The notes beneath the pieces are model-generated. The model ran no database searches and was not told the DNA's origin. It worked only from the letters and a program-made list of their open reading frames with translations. Below are positions 61,591-64,000 of a stretch of DNA of 64,000 bases, piece after piece (the stretch's first letter is position 1; each line of letters starts with the position of its first letter). This stretch comes from Mytilus edulis. Lineage: Eukaryota. The translations under genes were made by a program, and so were the position numbers. The DNA is taken from contig NC_092355.1 in NCBI RefSeq assembly GCF_963676685.1, forward strand, positions 18,042,001 to 18,106,000. The letters are read 5' to 3'.

Positions 61591-62620
61591 CACATCAAAT
61601 AAAAATAATGTTTTGATCTTAACCATAATGTGTATGCAAAGAGTGCATGACTGATAATGCTAAATTATATGCTGCTGTACAAATGTCTAATTTATTTATA
61701 AATAGCTATTGCCATGGTAACAGTTGATATGGTAACAGTCAGGGTAAAGGGTATGTTTGAAGTGAAGCACTGACCTGTTACTATGGCTACTGCTTGTGTT
61801 TGCTGTGTTGGTGTGTGTTGACGCATTTTTATTTTCTGTTTTTCTCTAGGAAGCGAATTGAGAAGGACAGCGCAATTTGGGCTTTGGAACAGGACTCCAT
61901 GTTTCACTCATCACTGTGTGTTGAAGAAGGAGGAGGTACTAATCCCAGACTATTATTTTGTATATAGCTATCATATCATAATTTATAATGTACATGGGAC
62001 AATAATAAATTTTGTTATTTTGTTAAAACTCTGTCATGAATGTGCTCAGTTAGATAAAAATAGGCCAGAAACATATTGATGTCTTTCCTTAGAAAAATTT
62101 CAACTAAAAAAAAATCAATTTTGATTTTAATTAAATTTATGATTCCGTTATGAAAAATATTTAAAAAAAAAATTTAGGTTCAAATAATTATCAAAAACAT
62201 CAAATTTGAAGAAATTGAAGTGGTTTACTGTGTAATCTATTTATAGACCAGAAAACAGCATTGTGTAAAAAAATATTCCATAAATGTATATAAGCTGCCT
62301 TAAAGATTCAGTTTTAGAATCGCCTTATTCATTAGGTATTTCATGGCCATTAGTGTTTTATTGTAGTTAGGACACAGAGCACTAAACAATCATTGTTATA
62401 TTTTTCTGTTATTTAATACATTCCCCTTTTTGACTTCTTCACATTAGAGGTTAATTAATCTGGATTGAAATGATCTAAATCAAGTAACCATGGCATCCTT
62501 GTGGATTTTATTTACAAATTCATTTTATTTTGGCCATACAACATTGGTTTTTTAAAAGCCAAACTTAAAGTAGCTTGATTTTTTATACCAACTTGCAACT
62601 GCATTGTGGTGTAACCCTCA

Positions 62621-62634
62621 GTTGCCATAGAAAC
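62621..62634. promoter_or_regulatory. RFX X-box
   Basis: GTTGCCATAGAAAC. Confidence 0.5.
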
Positions 62635-64000
62635 AAGATTTCAATGAGATTAACTACCTTGATGTGAATCGGCCATTGTTTATATATAAATGTTTTCATA
62701 TTATAAATATTATATTTACATATATATAAAAAAAATATATTGAATACACATTTCCCCTGTTATCTGTGATATGTATATAGATATATAGTTTTTTTTTCTG
62801 TTTTATTTTTATTTTCTTTCATACCCACTTTACCTATAAGAGTATACAGAATGTCCGTCCTGTTTAGTTATAAATACTAGGTATAACCTATAGAAATTAA
62901 AAGTAGATAAATAATAATTTTAGGGGATAGTTAACAAGTTATTTTTATTAATTGTGATATAGACTATATTTAGAAATAATCCGTCCTTATTTTTAGTTAT
63001 TATTATTTTGTTTCAACTTTATTCTGTGCAATTTGAATACATTGACATATTATTGATGTTCAAAACCTAACCCAATATCAATTTATCCTTAAAATGTGAT
63101 ATTTTACAAATTTTGAAGATTTTACTTCCTTGTTGAAGGAGCGTGATGATGTTAATTTATTCAGTAACCAGTAAAGAGATATATTTAATATTTAATCTAT
63201 TAATAGCTTGCTTTGAAGCATGGACATTAATTCCTAAGATTAGCTCTTGCTTAGAATGAAGTAACATTGCTTAACATTTTATAGGAAATCAGTTTTGCTC
63301 AAAATGAATTAAAAGGTAATGCCATGCCCTAAGGTCTATATCAGGATATTTTCGAGTGGATTTTTTTTATGAAATAGACTAAATGGCTCTACTACTAGAA
63401 GTATGTTACGATTAAAAGATTGTGAAATTGTACCAGTTCAATACAAAAGTGGGATTTTTGAATGTATAAATTTTACCAATTAAAAATATTTATGATATAA
63501 GTCTCAGCTAACAAAAAACAGCCCCTTTTTAAACGCATAGATCATATCTTTTCAAATTGATGATATTTTTGCACAGATTTTTTTATATATTAAGTGGGGC
63601 TCACATGCAAAACTGTTGCAGGAAGAAGCATACAGGCTTGTTACACATCATCAAAGCCTTAAGAAAACCAGGACAATCTGTGAAAACTGTGATTAGATTT
63701 GTTTGTTTATATTTGTACCGTTTCCATGATATTTTTTTGTTATAATTAAGGAGGATATATTCCAGAAACTGCAACTTTTTAACAGTGATATTTAATTTTG
63801 CAAAAAAAAAACATTTTTGAATTCAAATCTTGTATATGTGTTATATGTGTATGAATAAAAGGAGATTTAAATGTGAATATTTATATCAAAACGGCTTTTG
63901 ATGCTGATGTTGCTTTAGCAATTTTAAAACTTTTAGGTTATCACTGTAAAACAGCAGACGAGCCTAATCAGGTTAAATGAATTAATTTCCTTACACTTGA

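Noticed and set aside
60942-61626. Minus-strand ORFs (214 aa and 190 aa)
   Set aside because: Antisense shadows of the 21-bp coding repeat. Splice and polyA signals support the + strand.

Overview
AT-rich eukaryotic genomic DNA. The repeat complement (TTAA-, TWA- and TA-flanked MITEs, Helentron-like elements, high-copy SINE-like repeats) looks like a bivalve mollusc, probably Mytilus. That taxonomic call rests on repeat recognition only. Almost the whole window is one + strand gene, a DCDC2-like doublecortin-domain gene whose 5' exons (first DCX domain) lie upstream of the window. I rebuilt it by hand from GT-AG sites and codon phase. Highlights: (1) two colinear 135-nt paralogous exons only 36 nt apart encode alternative N-halves of the DCX domain, the signature of mutually exclusive exons. 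(2) There is a series of microexons, including a 5-nt exon that restores the reading frame. (3) A candidate 27-nt microexon is tandemly quadruplicated, again with 36-nt spacers. (4) An 8.76-kb coding exon with about 40 IQ motifs is spliced in frame onto the DCX protein, and it contains in-frame internal donors that could instead lead to a Pro-rich repeat terminal exon at 61 kb. (5) Several RFX X-boxes and Rbfox (TGCATG) motifs are present. Together this suggests a splice-switchable microtubule-binding/calmodulin-binding ciliary or flagellar protein. The 2847-aa ORF is not a stand-alone gene, and most short ORFs in the track are spurious. All splice models are inferred and need transcript evidence. 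Repeat boundaries are approximate.
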